Made by a program: the position numbers and the translations under genes
Assembly (NCBI RefSeq): GCF_006345805.1
Contig: NC_043004.1
Coordinates: forward strand, 67,208,001 to 67,272,000
Source: Octopus sinensis
Taxonomy: Eukaryota
Length of the DNA: 64,000 nucleotides
Direction of reading: 5' to 3'
Shown: positions 13,010-27,289 of the stretch, one piece after another
Layout of the letters: every line of letters begins with the position of its first letter
How positions within the stretch are numbered: position 1 is the first letter of the stretch
The notes under the pieces: generated by a model
Seen by the model: only the letters and a program-made list of their open reading frames with translations
What the model was told of the DNA's origin: nothing
Database searches by the model: none

Positions 13010-14420
13010 CTAGCAAACGCACCCGTTGTTTGGTAGGTGTAGGTTGCTTTGGTGGTATTTTTTTTCATCAAATATTTGACCTACCGAGAAGGTTTATGAG
13101 CTGCACGGCAAACTACGGTTCCGATTAACCTAGGAACGAAAAATTAAATTGAAGGCGGGTGATTGTAGAGGTCGTTGCACTTTTATGATCATAGAACATA
13201 TCTGTTTGCAAGTGATGTAAATTAGAGCTACTGGAATGTTTTGGCAGTAGATTACGGATAATGACTATAAAATATAGTTGTTTTACATGAAAGGGAATTT
13301 TTTTGTCAGAAAAACCGGTAAATGGTGCAATGAAATTGAAGGAAGACGTTGAAACTTCCTCTCTGCAAGTTTATTTTCGCAACAGCAAAAGGAGCTATTT
13401 TTTCGGAGAGATAAGCAAACAAAAGCCCCTTTATTCTGTTTTCCCACATAATCTGTGCATAAAGTAGCCGTGAATGCCGCATGAAGTGAAATTGGAGCTT
13501 TCTGAAAAAAGCGTATAGCTCAAGCTAGTGGAATAAAAACTCTTATTTAAAGTTTGATCGTTCGGGACGAAACATATGTGGGAGTTTAAAAAAAGCTAGA
13601 ACGACAATGCTAAATCGTATTTCAAACAATGAAAAATAGTCGTAATATCATAATGGATGGGTAAATAAACATCCTTAAACTGAAACAATTCATTGGTAGG
13701 TAAACAAAAGTATCAGCAAATAGAAGAGTGGGAAGGGAACATCACTTCTCGAGTAACTCAGAATAGGTAAAGATAAACTTTCCAAAGTTTAATGCAGGTT
13801 GAATATGGAGATTAAGATTGCTTGGTGTTTGATATTCATCGCATATAATGTTCTTAGTCAATTTGTGACAGGTAGACAGTCGAAATAAATCGACAAAATC
13901 TCTTCACTTTAAAAAAAAGTTTAAAAATGTCCAGTTAGGGCCATTTACGCAGGGTGAAATGTTATAATGCATGACCATCCTTATGACCTAGTAAAATGTG
14001 TGTGTAAAGTTTGGTGAAAATCGGTTGAGAATTGTGGAAATGTATGCATTCGGTGTTCCTAGTCAATTTAATCAATGATGCTGGTGGACAGTGGAAATAA
14101 ATAGACAAAATCTTTTCACTTTCATAAAAAGATTAAAACAGGCATGGAAGATCCTACAGATTATAAAACCGCTCAGTAATGCAAATGAATAGGAAACATG
14201 TATTGTGTTTTTCTATTCGCTCTAGATACCCCAATATCGATCGTTTTAAAGGTTAAGTAGCCTGCGTGCGGGCCTGGGATATGAAGCAGCTGTCTACAAA
14301 ATTTTAAAGCAATCGGATGAAAGATGTAGAAGTTATTGAGGTACATTAAATTTTTATACAGAGAGAGAGAGAGGGGGGGAGGAAAGAGAAAGAGAGTACT
14401 TCAGTTTTATAGATAATAGA
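13010..14420 (-). mobile_element. Non-autonomous Helitron-like element, about 1.4 kb
   Basis: Minus strand begins A|TCTATTATCTATAAAA and ends CTAG|T, with a degenerate subterminal hairpin and a subterminal (GA)n. Internal direct repeat at 13857-13925 and 14061-14138. End signatures shared with 49497-49862. Confidence 0.6.
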
Positions 14421-14899
14421 TTAGATTTTAAGAACTACTGTAGTCTGAACGTAATGTCATTTGAAGTTGAAGCTTAAGAGTACAGTTGCCAAATGTTCAT
14501 GCCTTTTGTTATATTTACTCTGTCGTATGCCTAATATGTTCCAAGGAAAGATTAAAAGAAACTTTTGGAGATGTATCTATGAAAAGATGTTCATTCCGTA
14601 ATTTCGAAACATGCTGAAGCACAAAGTATCTGCAATAAAAGATCGAAAATCAATACAAATGTTTAATATGATTTTATTTTGGCTTGGAACAAAATTTTGC
14701 ACTGTGTTGTAATCAGTGTCATTTAAAACATGCGATTTCGTTTCTCACGTAATAGAACGTTGACATTTGAGTGCATTTTCCCATACGATTTAATATGAGG
14801 ATGAATTATTTCATTTCTTTTTTATGTTAAAAATGAAAATGAAAGAAAAATTGGATACAGTTTCATAATCTGATGCACTGTTTTCTCACGAAAGATATT

Positions 14900-15330
14900 C
14901 CACATACCTCATATGAACGTTATAATGTGTTCAAAATCACTTAAATACGTGAATCGCAATGATGTTTGGGTACTCATAATCTAACGAAGAAAATGAGTGG
15001 GTTGTATTTCCATCTGCGAATTTCTACTCAAAGGCAAAGAAGATGATCCATTTTTGATAATTGCCACCACTGGAGATGAACAATAGATTGTTTACGACTC
15101 GATGGGTCTATAACGATCCTGGAGAAAATTAAATGAACTACTATATATATATATTACGAAAGGCATAGTGTATTATGGGTACCTTCTGTAAAATCAGACG
15201 TTGGATTAAGACAATTATTTTCGACTAGATTTAATAAAGAATGCAATCAATGAATAAAGGTCTAGAATTTGGTAATCAGACAGACGAGAGTCGTCTTTTC
15301 TCAAGAGAAAGACTGATTTATGTTTATTTA
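14900..15330 (+). mobile_element. Decayed mariner transposase relic
   Basis: Frameshifted translations DVWV(P)HNLTKK, LLKGKEDDPFLIIATTGDEQ*IVYD and GIVYYGYLL*NQTL match mariner WVPHEL, FL..I.TGDEKW and GIVYYELL motifs. Confidence 0.7.
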
Positions 15331-17271
15331 CAGACTAGATGGAAAAGAGTACTGCTTGTCTGTTATTTCCTGCCACATATGCCGTACAAGACTATAAAAA
15401 GGTATAAGTGAGAACCAAGACAGATGCCAAGTTCCGGTAGGATGTAGTCATGAAGCTTCTTCAAATGTGGGGGAGGTTTGTGGAAACCAATGATCCTTTG
15501 TGATGACCAAAGGTATGCACAATTGATGCAACCTCCATATATCAGAAATGATATATACGGGAGCACTTGTCAATTCATTTGATAATGGAAATGAACAGGG
15601 TTAGTGTAAAGATATGCAAGAAATTACCTAGTGTATTGTTTTTTTTATAATACGTATCTTCTCCCAATATTTAAAGTTGTTTAAAGCAACAACGAAGAAC
15701 TATTGATCCTTTTGCATATCTCCCAAAATGCAATGGTTATACTATTTATATTTCGCAAGTATTTTCACCGTGGAGAAGTTTATAGCAGTCCTGAGTTTTG
15801 TTTCCCCACTTGCGCGTCACTCAACAGTAGATAATCAAATGTCAATATGCGGTACTTTATAGCGAGATTATTTAACGCGCGCATACACAACCAATAAGTA
15901 GAGACAGGCATTACAATTCATCCGCTGAAGTTTAAGAGAATAGGCAGAGAAATACCCACGAAACTGTGGTCATTGTTCCATTTCTAGGTTCGAAGCCAAT
16001 TCAATATACATGTTTTTTAATTCGAAAATATTCAACCTTTCCTTCTTCACAAACTAATAATATTAACATTTGCGAAAATGATTTAATTATCAGGTGGCGA
16101 ATTTCTAAGCTCATTGGCTGATAAAGATACAATATAGTGTAATATACTTTATAAGGAATCTTTCTATAGCAAAATGTTGATGTTTTACGAACTATTGAGA
16201 CATTTTCGAGTGACAAACAGATATAAAGCAGTTTTTGCAAGGACATTAATTTGAGTGTCCTTATTATTTCGGAGTCAGTTAACTGAAATAACAGGTTCAC
16301 GCTAATTACTCTAAATGTGTGATGCAATTCCTCTGGGAATACGTGGTCCGTATTCATATATATAAATCTATGTATTCATATACATTTTGCTAAAGTTACT
16401 TCATGCATTTGTACACGCTATGGAAAACACTGCAATTATTTAATACCAAACTCAGAATCAGCCATAACATTTTTACCCATATCTATTCTCTTATTTGTGA
16501 GTTTCGAATATGAACACTCCGGATATGTATCTACCTAACTTTGCAGACCTACTATTAAGGCTTAATGAGATCTCCCTCTCTTTTACAAGACAATATATTT
16601 TGTACTTTCGGATAACTACCTATCCATAAAGAAATACAAGGAGCTCCAGTTGTTCTGATCGTCCTGTCTTTCTACTCACTAAGATATATATGCAATTCAA
16701 TGCAAGTGTTTTATAAATGATTTGATGCTATTAAGGGACACATGTCCATCTATTTTATTGCACTTTCATTAACTCAAATCATATATTGCCTATAAGCAAC
16801 TCTTGTTTGCCTTGCATGTTCGATATTCAAGTTTTACTTATCTCGTCATGTATGAGCAGTGATTTTATGTATCTGTGATACGCATTTTTGACACATTCTT
16901 ATCTAATATAATCACACACATGCATACATACCTAAACATACATACACATCTTTTTGTGTATATATCCATGTGTGTTTCTGTGTCACCGGACCAAATTTAC
17001 TTGATAGAATTTGTCGAGAACAATAATTTAATCTATTCAGCTGATATATCATGCATTCTATTTCACGTTCATTTGTGTTCGTATGACGTTAAGTGTGTAT
17101 ATGTGTTCCTCAATAGTTACGTGAATGCAGTAATGTCTATCGTCACTTCTGAGTGTGTCTTATTGCGAAATACGAAAAACAAGTTAACACATTCCACAAT
17201 ATTAAGTGTTGACGAAAGTGTTGTACAACCGGTCTAGCATTCGAGCATCTATGTGTGTGCATTCTAATATA

Positions 17272-17302
<31 letters not shown>

Positions 17303-17322
17303 GGTGTGTGTTTGCACCTCGC

Positions 17323-17396
<74 letters not shown>

Positions 17397-18200
17397 TATA
17401 CACATATACATATACGTATATATATATATATGTGTGTGTGGTATGTATATGTTTATATACGTACATTTTTTACCTTGTATCACTTAGACGTCATCGAAAC
17501 CATTACGAATATTTCTTTATTAAATGAAACTCTACATCACTAAAAGACAATTAGATTCTGCAAATAAATCTATTGGATTCATAGCGATTACTTCCATTGT
17601 TGATACTAACAAATGTCTCTCCAGTGGAAAATACTCCTTGATAATCTCATTTAGATACAGGAGATTTTCATCCATTTGCTAAATCTATTTTGAACAGCGT
17701 CATTTGTCAATTGTAAATTTAGCAGACGACATCAATTTAGATTGGATTTACTGAAACGTTCATTGATTTTACTGTTCCTATGATTACTTTACATTATTAT
17801 ACGTCTCTAAATTTGCAAATGAGAATATGTTTAAAGAATATAATACTATTTTTATTTATTTTATATTTTCTATAATTCATTTTACGAAATTTGTGATGGC
17901 TGACGTTATCATGCATAGTATGTCAAGTTGTAGCTGCGTGGTGAAAAAGTTCACGTCGGTAGTAGTTAACTCTGCATTAAGTGCCTATGTGTGTGTATGC
18001 GTGTGTGTGTGTGTGTGTACGTGGGCATGTGCGTATGTATTAAAATTTGTTTTTATACACAGTTATAATTTAACCGTTAACATTATTCTGATACGCCACT
18101 CCATACTCTTGTTGAGTGCAAATTTATCATTCTTATATAAGAATGATTTGACAGTGACCCAAAGATGTTTTGATTTTAACAGACACTGTATAAAAACAAG

Positions 18201-18427
18201 CTGGCAGAAACGTTAGCACGCCGGGCGAAATGCTAATCGGTATTTCGTCTGCCGCTACGTTCTGAGTTCAAATTCCACCGAGGTCGACTTTGCCTTTCAT
18301 TCTTTCGGGGTCGATAAATTAAGTACCAGTTACGCACTGGGGTCGGTCTAATCGACTTAATCCGTTTGTCTCTCCTTGTTTGTGCCCACTATTTTTAGCC
18401 CCTTGTGGGCAATAAAGAAATAAGGGT
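18201..18427 (+). mobile_element. SINE family A with 15-bp TSD (1 mismatch)
   Basis: ctgtataaaaacaag at 18186-18200 and ctgtataaaagcaag at 18428-18442. Confidence 0.9.
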
Positions 18428-18765
18428 CTGTATAAAAGCAAGACTAAATCTAATGCATTGCAATACACCGGCGGCTTAGGTGGCTGAACCATCGAAGTTA
18501 CTGTCAACCTCATTCAAGCATCAAAATTATACACACACACACACACATACATTTATATATAAGAAACAAATTAAAAGCAATGGTCATTACATATTTTCTT
18601 TTATCGGACTAAACTTGGGTTACAGCTGTTTCCTGTATTCATTAAAGGTATATTACTAAATTTTCTTAATTGGTCTATTAATCAATTGAGGCAAATTGAA
18701 CGACATAAGAAAATCAATGTTACACCCATGAGAGATATTTCTGGTTACAATAATGTTAACCTGAC

Positions 18766-18801
<36 letters not shown>

Positions 18802-18862
18802 GCACACACACCCACATATATATATGTGTGTGTGTGTGTATGTATATATATATATATATACA

Positions 18863-18908
<46 letters not shown>

Positions 18909-18977
18909 GGAGTAAACACATAAATGTGAAACAAAGTGGAAAAAAGAGTACTCAAATACCAGTGTTAGAGTAATATG

Positions 18978-19116
18978 CTTTATTTAAAGCAGCAGAAAAT
19001 TCAACAAAATCTGTTACTCTGAGTTTCTCGTTGCCGTTCATCAGACTATCTGATGAACGGCAACGAGAAACTCAGAGTAACAGATTTTGTTGAATTTTCT
19101 GCTGCTTTAAATAAAG
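18978..19116. repeat. Perfect inverted repeat, 68-bp arms, 3-nt loop (cta)
   Basis: 18978-19045 is the exact reverse complement of 19049-19116; embedded between (TA)n tracts. Confidence 0.95.
19046..19084 (+). ncRNA. Minimal type I hammerhead ribozyme-like motif, mirrored on the minus strand
   Basis: CTGATGA (19050-19056), ACG-GCAA-CGA, GAAA, CTC-A-GAG, TA, ACAG. One mismatch at the base of helix II and one in helix I. Confidence 0.6.
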
Positions 19117-19149
<33 letters not shown>

Positions 19150-19299
19150 TATATATATAAGTAAATAAATGGCACAACGAAGTACCGATATTTACTGGAA
19201 AATAGCGAACGTAATAAATACGACACTAATGTATAGCTTCACTGCTTATGTACTAGCAAAAATGCGGGTGTGCAACAAACTTGACAAAAATTGTCTTAC

Positions 19300-19314
19300 C
19301 TCCAGGGAGAACAT
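19300..19314 (-). CDS. Candidate 15-nt microexon ATGTTCTCCCTGGAG
   Basis: Acceptor tttcatctttcag and donor GAG|GTAAGA; frame-preserving length. Confidence 0.3.
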
Positions 19315-19560
19315 CTGAAAGATGAAATACCTAGAAAGGGATAATGTGGTACCGGTTTCAGATTTTTCAAGATATGTCTGCCCACATATACTTGATTTAT
19401 CTTCATCAGCCAACATATACCTCGACAACATTTCAAATGTTGCCACATTCATGCCAATACACTCGACTGAACGCCAAAACGTTGACAGAACGAGAACAGT
19501 GAAGAAGTTTCAATAATACCATTGGTCCAGGAGTTAGATGGTAAATATTTTTTATCTTTC

Positions 19561-19689
<129 letters not shown>

Positions 19690-20261
19690 ATATATGCTTG
19701 TATAAATGCATATAGTATAAATATGTCTATGTATTTTATATACAGCAAACACAAGACTGTAGTAAATCAAAATTGCTTTCCTGCTTCATACGTTACGTAT
19801 AAACGTCGTAGATAAGCTACGTAGTAATGGATTCGATCTGACACACTTGCTATTTTGCAAACAAAATAAATATTGTAGGGATACGGGAACTCATATAACA
19901 TCGAATAAGTCAAGGCTTTTGAGGCTGCTTCAACGACGTATTTTCAGCCAGCTTCTTTATTGTAAGAGAAATCATCGCTCCTGGAAGCATAAAATACGCG
20001 GTGCCCTTTTCACTAGCCGCTGCTGGGACGAATTTTGTCTACCTCCGGTATTTATTATATACTTGAGGCAACACGCCCAGAAGAGATCTTATATACATTC
20101 GTGTACAGTATTTGTGTTACATAGACACCTTTATTAATTTAAAACTTACTGCATTACGCATATTAATCGGCGGATGGATATTCTGTTTAATGTTTACTCT
20201 ATGCTTGCAACATATTCTCTCTTTTCCCCATCTCTTTCTCTATCTATCTTTGTGTAATAGT

Positions 20262-20435
20262 TGTGTCTGTATGTCCCCGCCACTGATTTAAAAATGATGT
20301 TGTTGTGTTTGCATCCTCGTAACTTAGTGGTTCGGCAAAATGCCGATATAATAATTACCAAGTTAAACAAAGGGATACTGAGGTTAATTCATTCGTTTTG
20401 GAAAAGATTCAAAGTGGTGACCCAGTATCACTGTT
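20262..20435 (+). mobile_element. SINE family B, degraded 3' half
   Basis: gtaacttagtggttcggcaaaa matches the family B body. Confidence 0.55.
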
Positions 20436-21359
20436 AACTAATGGCGGAAACACGTAAAAGACCAAATAAAAAGATAAGAGGTAAAAGAGAAGATACACAC
20501 ACACACACACGCGCAAACACACAAAAGCACACAAAAACACAAGCACACAAAAACACACTCACACAAACTAACACACACACAAACTCACACATGCAAACAA
20601 AAATACAAAAATACACACACACACACATATACAGAATCCAGCAAAAAATTTATACACACATCAGCGAAGGAAAAAAATCTATATAAATATTTTTTATCTA
20701 GTGTTGCAACTTGTTCGGTGTTGTTGCAATTTCATAAAACATGGAAAGGGGTATTGATATTTATCGGGGTATTTATATATGTTAAATATTTATACAGATA
20801 TTTCCTTTCCCGAAGTGTGTATAATATTTTTTCTTCTTTTTTGACTGATCCTGTATTTATATATATATATATCTTAAAATTCTGAGAAATTTTTAAAGGA
20901 GCACTACAACGGTTACACATGGAGAATATAATACTGCAAATATATTCAAATTTATTATAAAATTCCTTTGCAATTGGACATCATATTTTTCTTGACTGGT
21001 TATTTATCCAAGTACATTTACATATCAGACGCTTTGACTAAGTGAATGCACAATGTTTTGGTCGTTTACAAGTGTCAGACAGATGCATGCCTCTTTGTTG
21101 TTCTGTTTTATGTTAATATATTTGGAAATGAAGGCTCATGGTTTACTGGTTAGCGTTTTAGATATTCAATCAAAAAAGGTTTTCTTTTAATTCGTGGACC
21201 CTTCTGTGTTCTGTGTCCTTCAGGGAGGCTTTTCATTTGAAATTTATTATACAATTCAGATCAAGAAATAAGTGTACCAGAAGAATGGTGCTATGGGAAT
21301 TCTTTCTCTCTCTCTCTCTCTCTCTCTCTCCATATATATATATTATAATATATATATAT

Positions 21360-21394
<35 letters not shown>

Positions 21395-21410
21395 CTATAT
21401 ATATATATCC

Positions 21411-21473
<63 letters not shown>

Positions 21474-22077
21474 GCCTATCTGTCTATTTCTCTGTGTCTC
21501 TCCAATTTTCAGATTTTAGAGAGTCAGATATTGGGAGGAACGAGAGTGCCTGCCCGCCACTACATAAGCACTTAAAAAATTTTGCGAAAGTGCGGTGCAA
21601 AATATCTAACCATATTCCTGTTCATTATTGCCTCCTATATTCTATTGTAACAATTAGCATTATTATGTTGAGCTACTGTATCATGCTACGCAATATATAT
21701 TAATTCCATTGATATCCATCTTCTACTAACACTGCTATTGCAGCTGTCGTTATCGCTTCTGTGGTTATATTTCTTATCATCTAAGTGACTCACCTCAACT
21801 GAAATCGATGACAATATATGTGACCCCAGACGTCAAATATCTTGCCATTTTACACTCGGTTTTAGTGTTACTTTAACCTATCGCTGATATTAACTGACAG
21901 GAATTTAGGTCGATAACCCGCTGACGTAGAATTATTTAAATTGAAAAACACCTGAGCGGTGCGTAGAGTAGATGTTGAAATCGAATTTAATGGCTTAGAA
22001 CTGTTACTGGGTTGTAGAGAAAAGGAACGATATTAAGTGATATTATATATATCGCAGTTAGGGTTGTAAATTTGAGA

Positions 22078-22375
22078 GTCCACGACGACGACGACTACGC
22101 CGATAATGGGGATAATTATGGTGATGATGATCATCATCATGATCAAGATCTTGACGATCAGGATGGTGATGGCTATGCTGGTGGTGGTGGTGATGATCAT
22201 GATGATCATGAAGATGATGCCGATGACGATGACAGTGATGATGACGATGGCGGTGGTGTGTGAGTGGGGATGATGATGATGATGATGATGATAATGATGA
22301 TGATGATCATCATCATCATAGTGATGGTGAAATGACGGTGATGATGCTTTTAATGATGGCGGTGATGATGATATC
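22078..22375. repeat. Degenerate (GAT)n low-complexity tract
   Basis: Directly visible. Confidence 0.9.
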
Positions 22376-23069
22376 GATATTAAACATGATTGTTCAAATG
22401 AAATATAGACATGTATAAATTATATACACTGCAACGATACACCTCAAATGGAATAAAGTTAAGAGAAAGTCAATAGCAAATTCAAACATGGAAAGAACAA
22501 ATGACTTACTTTTTATAGACTGAATACTGAAAGCATCTAGAATTATTTTTCCCTTCAAGAGTTTCATCAGAGATAGAAAAATAAGTACCTGATGGAAAAT
22601 TTGTCAACAAGTCATCACGACTCGTTCTGGCCTAAGACAAAAAACGATTGAAAATACTTTCTCAATAATGGGGTGGACTAACTAGATAATGTTTTCAGTA
22701 ACTTAGACAATGCATTACTTACAACCTGAATTAAGAGTTTCACGTAATATGTTGGCCACAGGTAAAGACCATAATTTTGAGTAATGGGCGAAATTGGCTG
22801 GAACTAAGGTCGGAATATTACGCTTCCTTTTTATCTATCTATTAAAGTCTAACTTCCTGTACATACTAAAATCAATAACAAATCTCATAAACCCATCTCA
22901 TTCCCACTGCTCTAAAAGACTTCTAATTTTGTTGTTCTTGAAATGTATTTATAGAGACACTAGTCTATGTTCCCTATTCATACCATAAAATTCATCTCAC
23001 ATCAGGTCTATAACGAAGAACTGAGCGAATAACTTTAAAATCTGCTACGTAATATAACGTGACAGAACA

Positions 23070-23242
23070 TATTGGTTTAAAATTTGGCACAAGGTCAGCA
23101 ATTTCGGTTGAAGGCCTTCAACCGGTACTTATTTTATTGACCCCAGAAAGGAAGAGAAGCCAAGTGGATCGTGGCAAAAATTAAAGACGTACGCAATACC
23201 CCTAAGCATTTTCCCAGCATGTTAACGATTGTGACAGCTCGC
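23070..23242 (-). mobile_element. SINE family A, degraded
   Basis: ggtacttattttattgacccc and ttaacgattgtgacagctcgcc match the reverse-complemented family A. Confidence 0.6.
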
Positions 23243-23832
23243 CCTCTTGAATTTGACTAGATGTATTTCAAAACTTTTAGTAAATATGTTATCAAATACA
23301 CTCTCAAATCCCTACCTGTTCAAGTCAGCTACATTTTAAATTTGTTAGTCACTATAAACATTCTTGATCTGATAAATCTAGGAAATTTTATGGCTCATAC
23401 TACATATTCTGCTACCATATAAATGATGTTATACAAAGCAATGGATTTTCATTGTGTGGTATGTCTTTGGTCTTCTATAATTGGAGTCTCGTAGGTCATA
23501 GTCATAGGTTTACTGGTGCATATATAAAATGGCGAAATGCTGCAAGTTCATCATAGTTGTCTTGCTATGATAATTAGCAGGAACTAGGGATCACATTTGA
23601 ACATATATCTGTTGATACAGGCTTCACATTTTGGTTACACAGCAAATTTGAATAGGAGCTAAACAACATATCTTAAAAAGAAATCTTCTGTTGATCCAAG
23701 TCTAATATGGGATTAGACAACATCTATCATAGTTCTACAACGAGAGGGCATTCAAGTTTACCATAATTCTCCTCAGACAACTGTGATCTGGAGTTCAAAA
23801 ATTGACTTATATAAAATTAACTAGGGAATATC

Positions 23833-24257
23833 TGCTGTGTGGTAAGTAGCTTGCTTACCAACCGCATGGTTCCGGGTTCGGTCCCACTGCGTGGCACCTT
23901 AGGCAGGTGGCTTCTACTATAGCCACGGTCCGACCAAAGCCTTGTGATTCGAATTGGTAGACGGAAACTGAAAGAAGCCCGTCGTATATATATATATATT
24001 ATATATATATAAGTGTGTGTGTGTGTGTGTGTGTGGTGCGTGTGCGTGTGTGTGGTGCGTGTGGTGCGTGTGCGTGTGTGTGCGTATGTGTGTGTGTGTG
24101 TTTGTGTGTCTGTGTTTGTCCCCGAAAATCGCTTGACAACAGATGGAATAAGTACAAGGCTTACAAAGAATAAGTCCTGGGGGCGATTTGCTCGACTAAA
24201 TGCGCTGTTCCAGCCTGGCCGCAGTCAAATGACTGAAACAAGTAAAAGAGAAAAGAG
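23833..24257 (+). mobile_element. tRNA-derived SINE family B (CORE-like motif, internal TA/TG microsatellite)
   Basis: tRNA-like head (tgtgtggtaag...ccgggttcggtccc), caccttaggcaggtg CORE-like motif, internal (TA)/(TG)n, tail gactgaaacaagtaaaagag. Confidence 0.9.
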
Positions 24258-25075
24258 TAACAGTATATTCAATTAACATGCAAATAATAGCAGTGATATG
24301 CAGATTCAGTCACTCACTAAAGTTTAAGCAGAAGGAGTTACAGTGGAAAATATGCGAAAATGGTTGTGCTTGCACAGTTTAAATTAGTTCAATTTCAACA
24401 GAACAATCATGGATCGAAACAAAATATCCATGATTCGTCCGTGCTTCTTCCAATTCTAAATCACAGAGGTACGATTAAGATGGGGCAGATTGTGATGTAA
24501 TGGATATGAAGAAAGGGTGATTGAAAAGGCGGAGGAGTAAGAAGGAAAATTACTATAGCTGTCACGCTGATTATTATAATGATTATTATAATGATGATGA
24601 TTAAGATGAATAGCACCGTTTGTATAAAGTTACAAAAAAACATTTCTAAAATCCTAGCAACATTGTAAATACTTTAATAGTTGTAAATGAGTTAAATCAT
24701 GGAAGAATATAACGGTGAAGCATTCCTTTAATCATACGGTAATACGAGATTTGATAAAAGATGAGGGAAATGGGAAAATTTGTTAAAAGAACAAGAAGTG
24801 GAAGTTAGATGACAAATTAAATGACAAAATATAATATGCATTTTGCTGAAGTAAAAGAAACTGTTGTATAAAATTACACATACACTTTACTGTCAAGTCA
24901 TCTATCAGAATGCCTGCACTTATACACCATCTTGCACATATGTGTGTGCGTTTGAGTTTGTGTGCTGTCGCAAGAAATTAAATATGAATATATCCACATA
25001 TGCATGCATGCACTTACATGATATTGTAGAATACAATATACATATATATATACATATATACATTTATATTATATA

Positions 25076-25123
<48 letters not shown>

Positions 25124-25879
25124 TATATACATATATACATTTATATATATATATGTATATATGTATGCATATATATACATACACATATACATATATATCA
25201 CATATACATATATACACACACACACACACATATATATATATAGGCACACACACAAATATATAGGCTTCTGAATATAGGTTGATACTCACTTTTCTATGTA
25301 TGTATGTATTCATGTGTGTATCTATATAAGTATGTATACATAGATGAGAAAATGAAAAATGCAGCAAATACTTAGCTTAGAAACAGGAAGACATTTTATT
25401 CTAGAAAATGATGTGACAGAAGGCCACTAGGCAATCTTCCTTCACTTTCGTTTTTAAATTGGAAAAGTTGAGAAGGAAAAATATCCATTTACAACGAAAA
25501 CAATAAAATGTTAAACAATCATTGAAAGAATGGTTCGTAACGGGTTTGTTGTTCAATTTTTGATTTCTTCTTAGAATAATTGCAAAGATATTACTGACAA
25601 TTAAATTGCATACTGAATAATACGGATTTCTTGTTTCTTATTTCAGTGACATTTATTTGAATATATATTATAACATAATATATTATAATATAATGATGTT
25701 TTTCTTTTCACGTTTTTGCTTTCAGTTTGTAACATAGCTGCTTTTTATTTTTATTAAATTTATATACATTTATTTTTATTAAATTTTAAATTGAGGAAGA
25801 AAAACAAAACACGAAAATGCATCAAAATACAAAAAAGAAAGACAAAACCGCGTTTAATAGGTTTGAATGATGTTATAAT

Positions 25880-25989
25880 GATAATGGCATTAAAGTAACA
25901 GAAATGACAATAATAACATAACATATAATAATAGCATGATACTGATGATGATAATAATAATATAATAAATAGTAATAATATAATAATAC

Positions 25990-26037
<48 letters not shown>

Positions 26038-26077
26038 TAATAATAACAATATAAAAAATGATATGATAATAATAATG

Positions 26078-26132
<55 letters not shown>

Positions 26133-26152
26133 TAAGAATAATAGTAATAATA

Positions 26153-26184
<32 letters not shown>

Positions 26185-26975
26185 ATACCATGCAAGTTTG
26201 ACAAGCATTAAGATATTCAACTATGTTCAAAATTCTTGTAATGATGAAGATGGTGAATGATGGTTCTTCCTGCGACTGACGATGATGAGGATGAGGAGGG
26301 GAGAAGGAAGCGGCGGTAGATAATGTTTTGATGTGCATTATGGAAATATTCATGGTATAATGATGGTGAAGAAGATGGTGGTAATTATACTAATGGTGAT
26401 TTTAAGGAATATTATGAAGCTTCTTAGTATTATAAGGTTCATGATAAGGAAAACGACGATGACGACGACGACAATGAATACCGAGACTCCTGCTGGTACT
26501 CATGCTGCTTCTGATGATGATGATGATGATGATGACGATGATGATGATGATGGTGTTGGTGATTATGGTGATGATGATGAGGAGGAGGAGGGGGATGGTG
26601 ATGATGATGATGATGACGATGATGATAATGATGATAGTGGTGGTGATGATGGTGATGATGATGATGAGGAGGAGGAGGAGGATGGTGATGATGAGGAGGA
26701 GGAGGATGATGACGATGATGATTATTGATGATGTCGTGTTGATGATGTTAATGACAGCATGGTGGTGATAACGAGGATGATGATGATGAAGCTCTGGAAG
26801 AGGAGGAGAAGGAGGATATGAATGACGGAGATGAAGTGAAGGAGGTTCAACAAGCTCCTAATCAGAAGGGTAATTACGAACGTGCAGTGAATTCTCGACA
26901 GCCGGTCTTATCACCATCGTCATCGTCGTCGTCATCATCATCAACATCAACATCATCAACATCATCGTCATCATT

Positions 26976-27026
<51 letters not shown>

Positions 27027-27110
27027 GTCATCATTACCATCTTGAACATCATGGTCGTCTTCGTCGTCGTAATTATCATCATCAACATCATAATGTTCAG
27101 CATCTTCATC
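25880..27110. repeat. Large (AAT)n/(GAT)n/(ATC)n low-complexity domain
   Basis: Directly visible; source of the poly-D, poly-M and poly-S ORFs. Confidence 0.9.
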
Positions 27111-27289
27111 ATATGCATTAAATCCTTTATTCAACGATAGGAATCGAAACGTGAGCTAGGGTGTAGGAGGGAAATCGAATGAGATACGTGTTAAAAAGGT
27201 AGAGATGAAGGGGGGGGGGGAATACATGCGGAATAGTGTTTGAAAGATTCCTTTAAAACCTATGATATAAGAAGATAGGCAATATAGTT

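Noticed and set aside
17205-17250. TTGACGA...CCGGTC as a degenerate hammerhead
   Set aside because: First core base wrong and no GAAA; too many changes needed.
26333-26728. Acidic ORF resembling a nucleolin/prothymosin-like tail
   Set aside because: Lies within degenerate (GAT)/(GAG)n, with similar low-complexity ORFs in other frames and strands.
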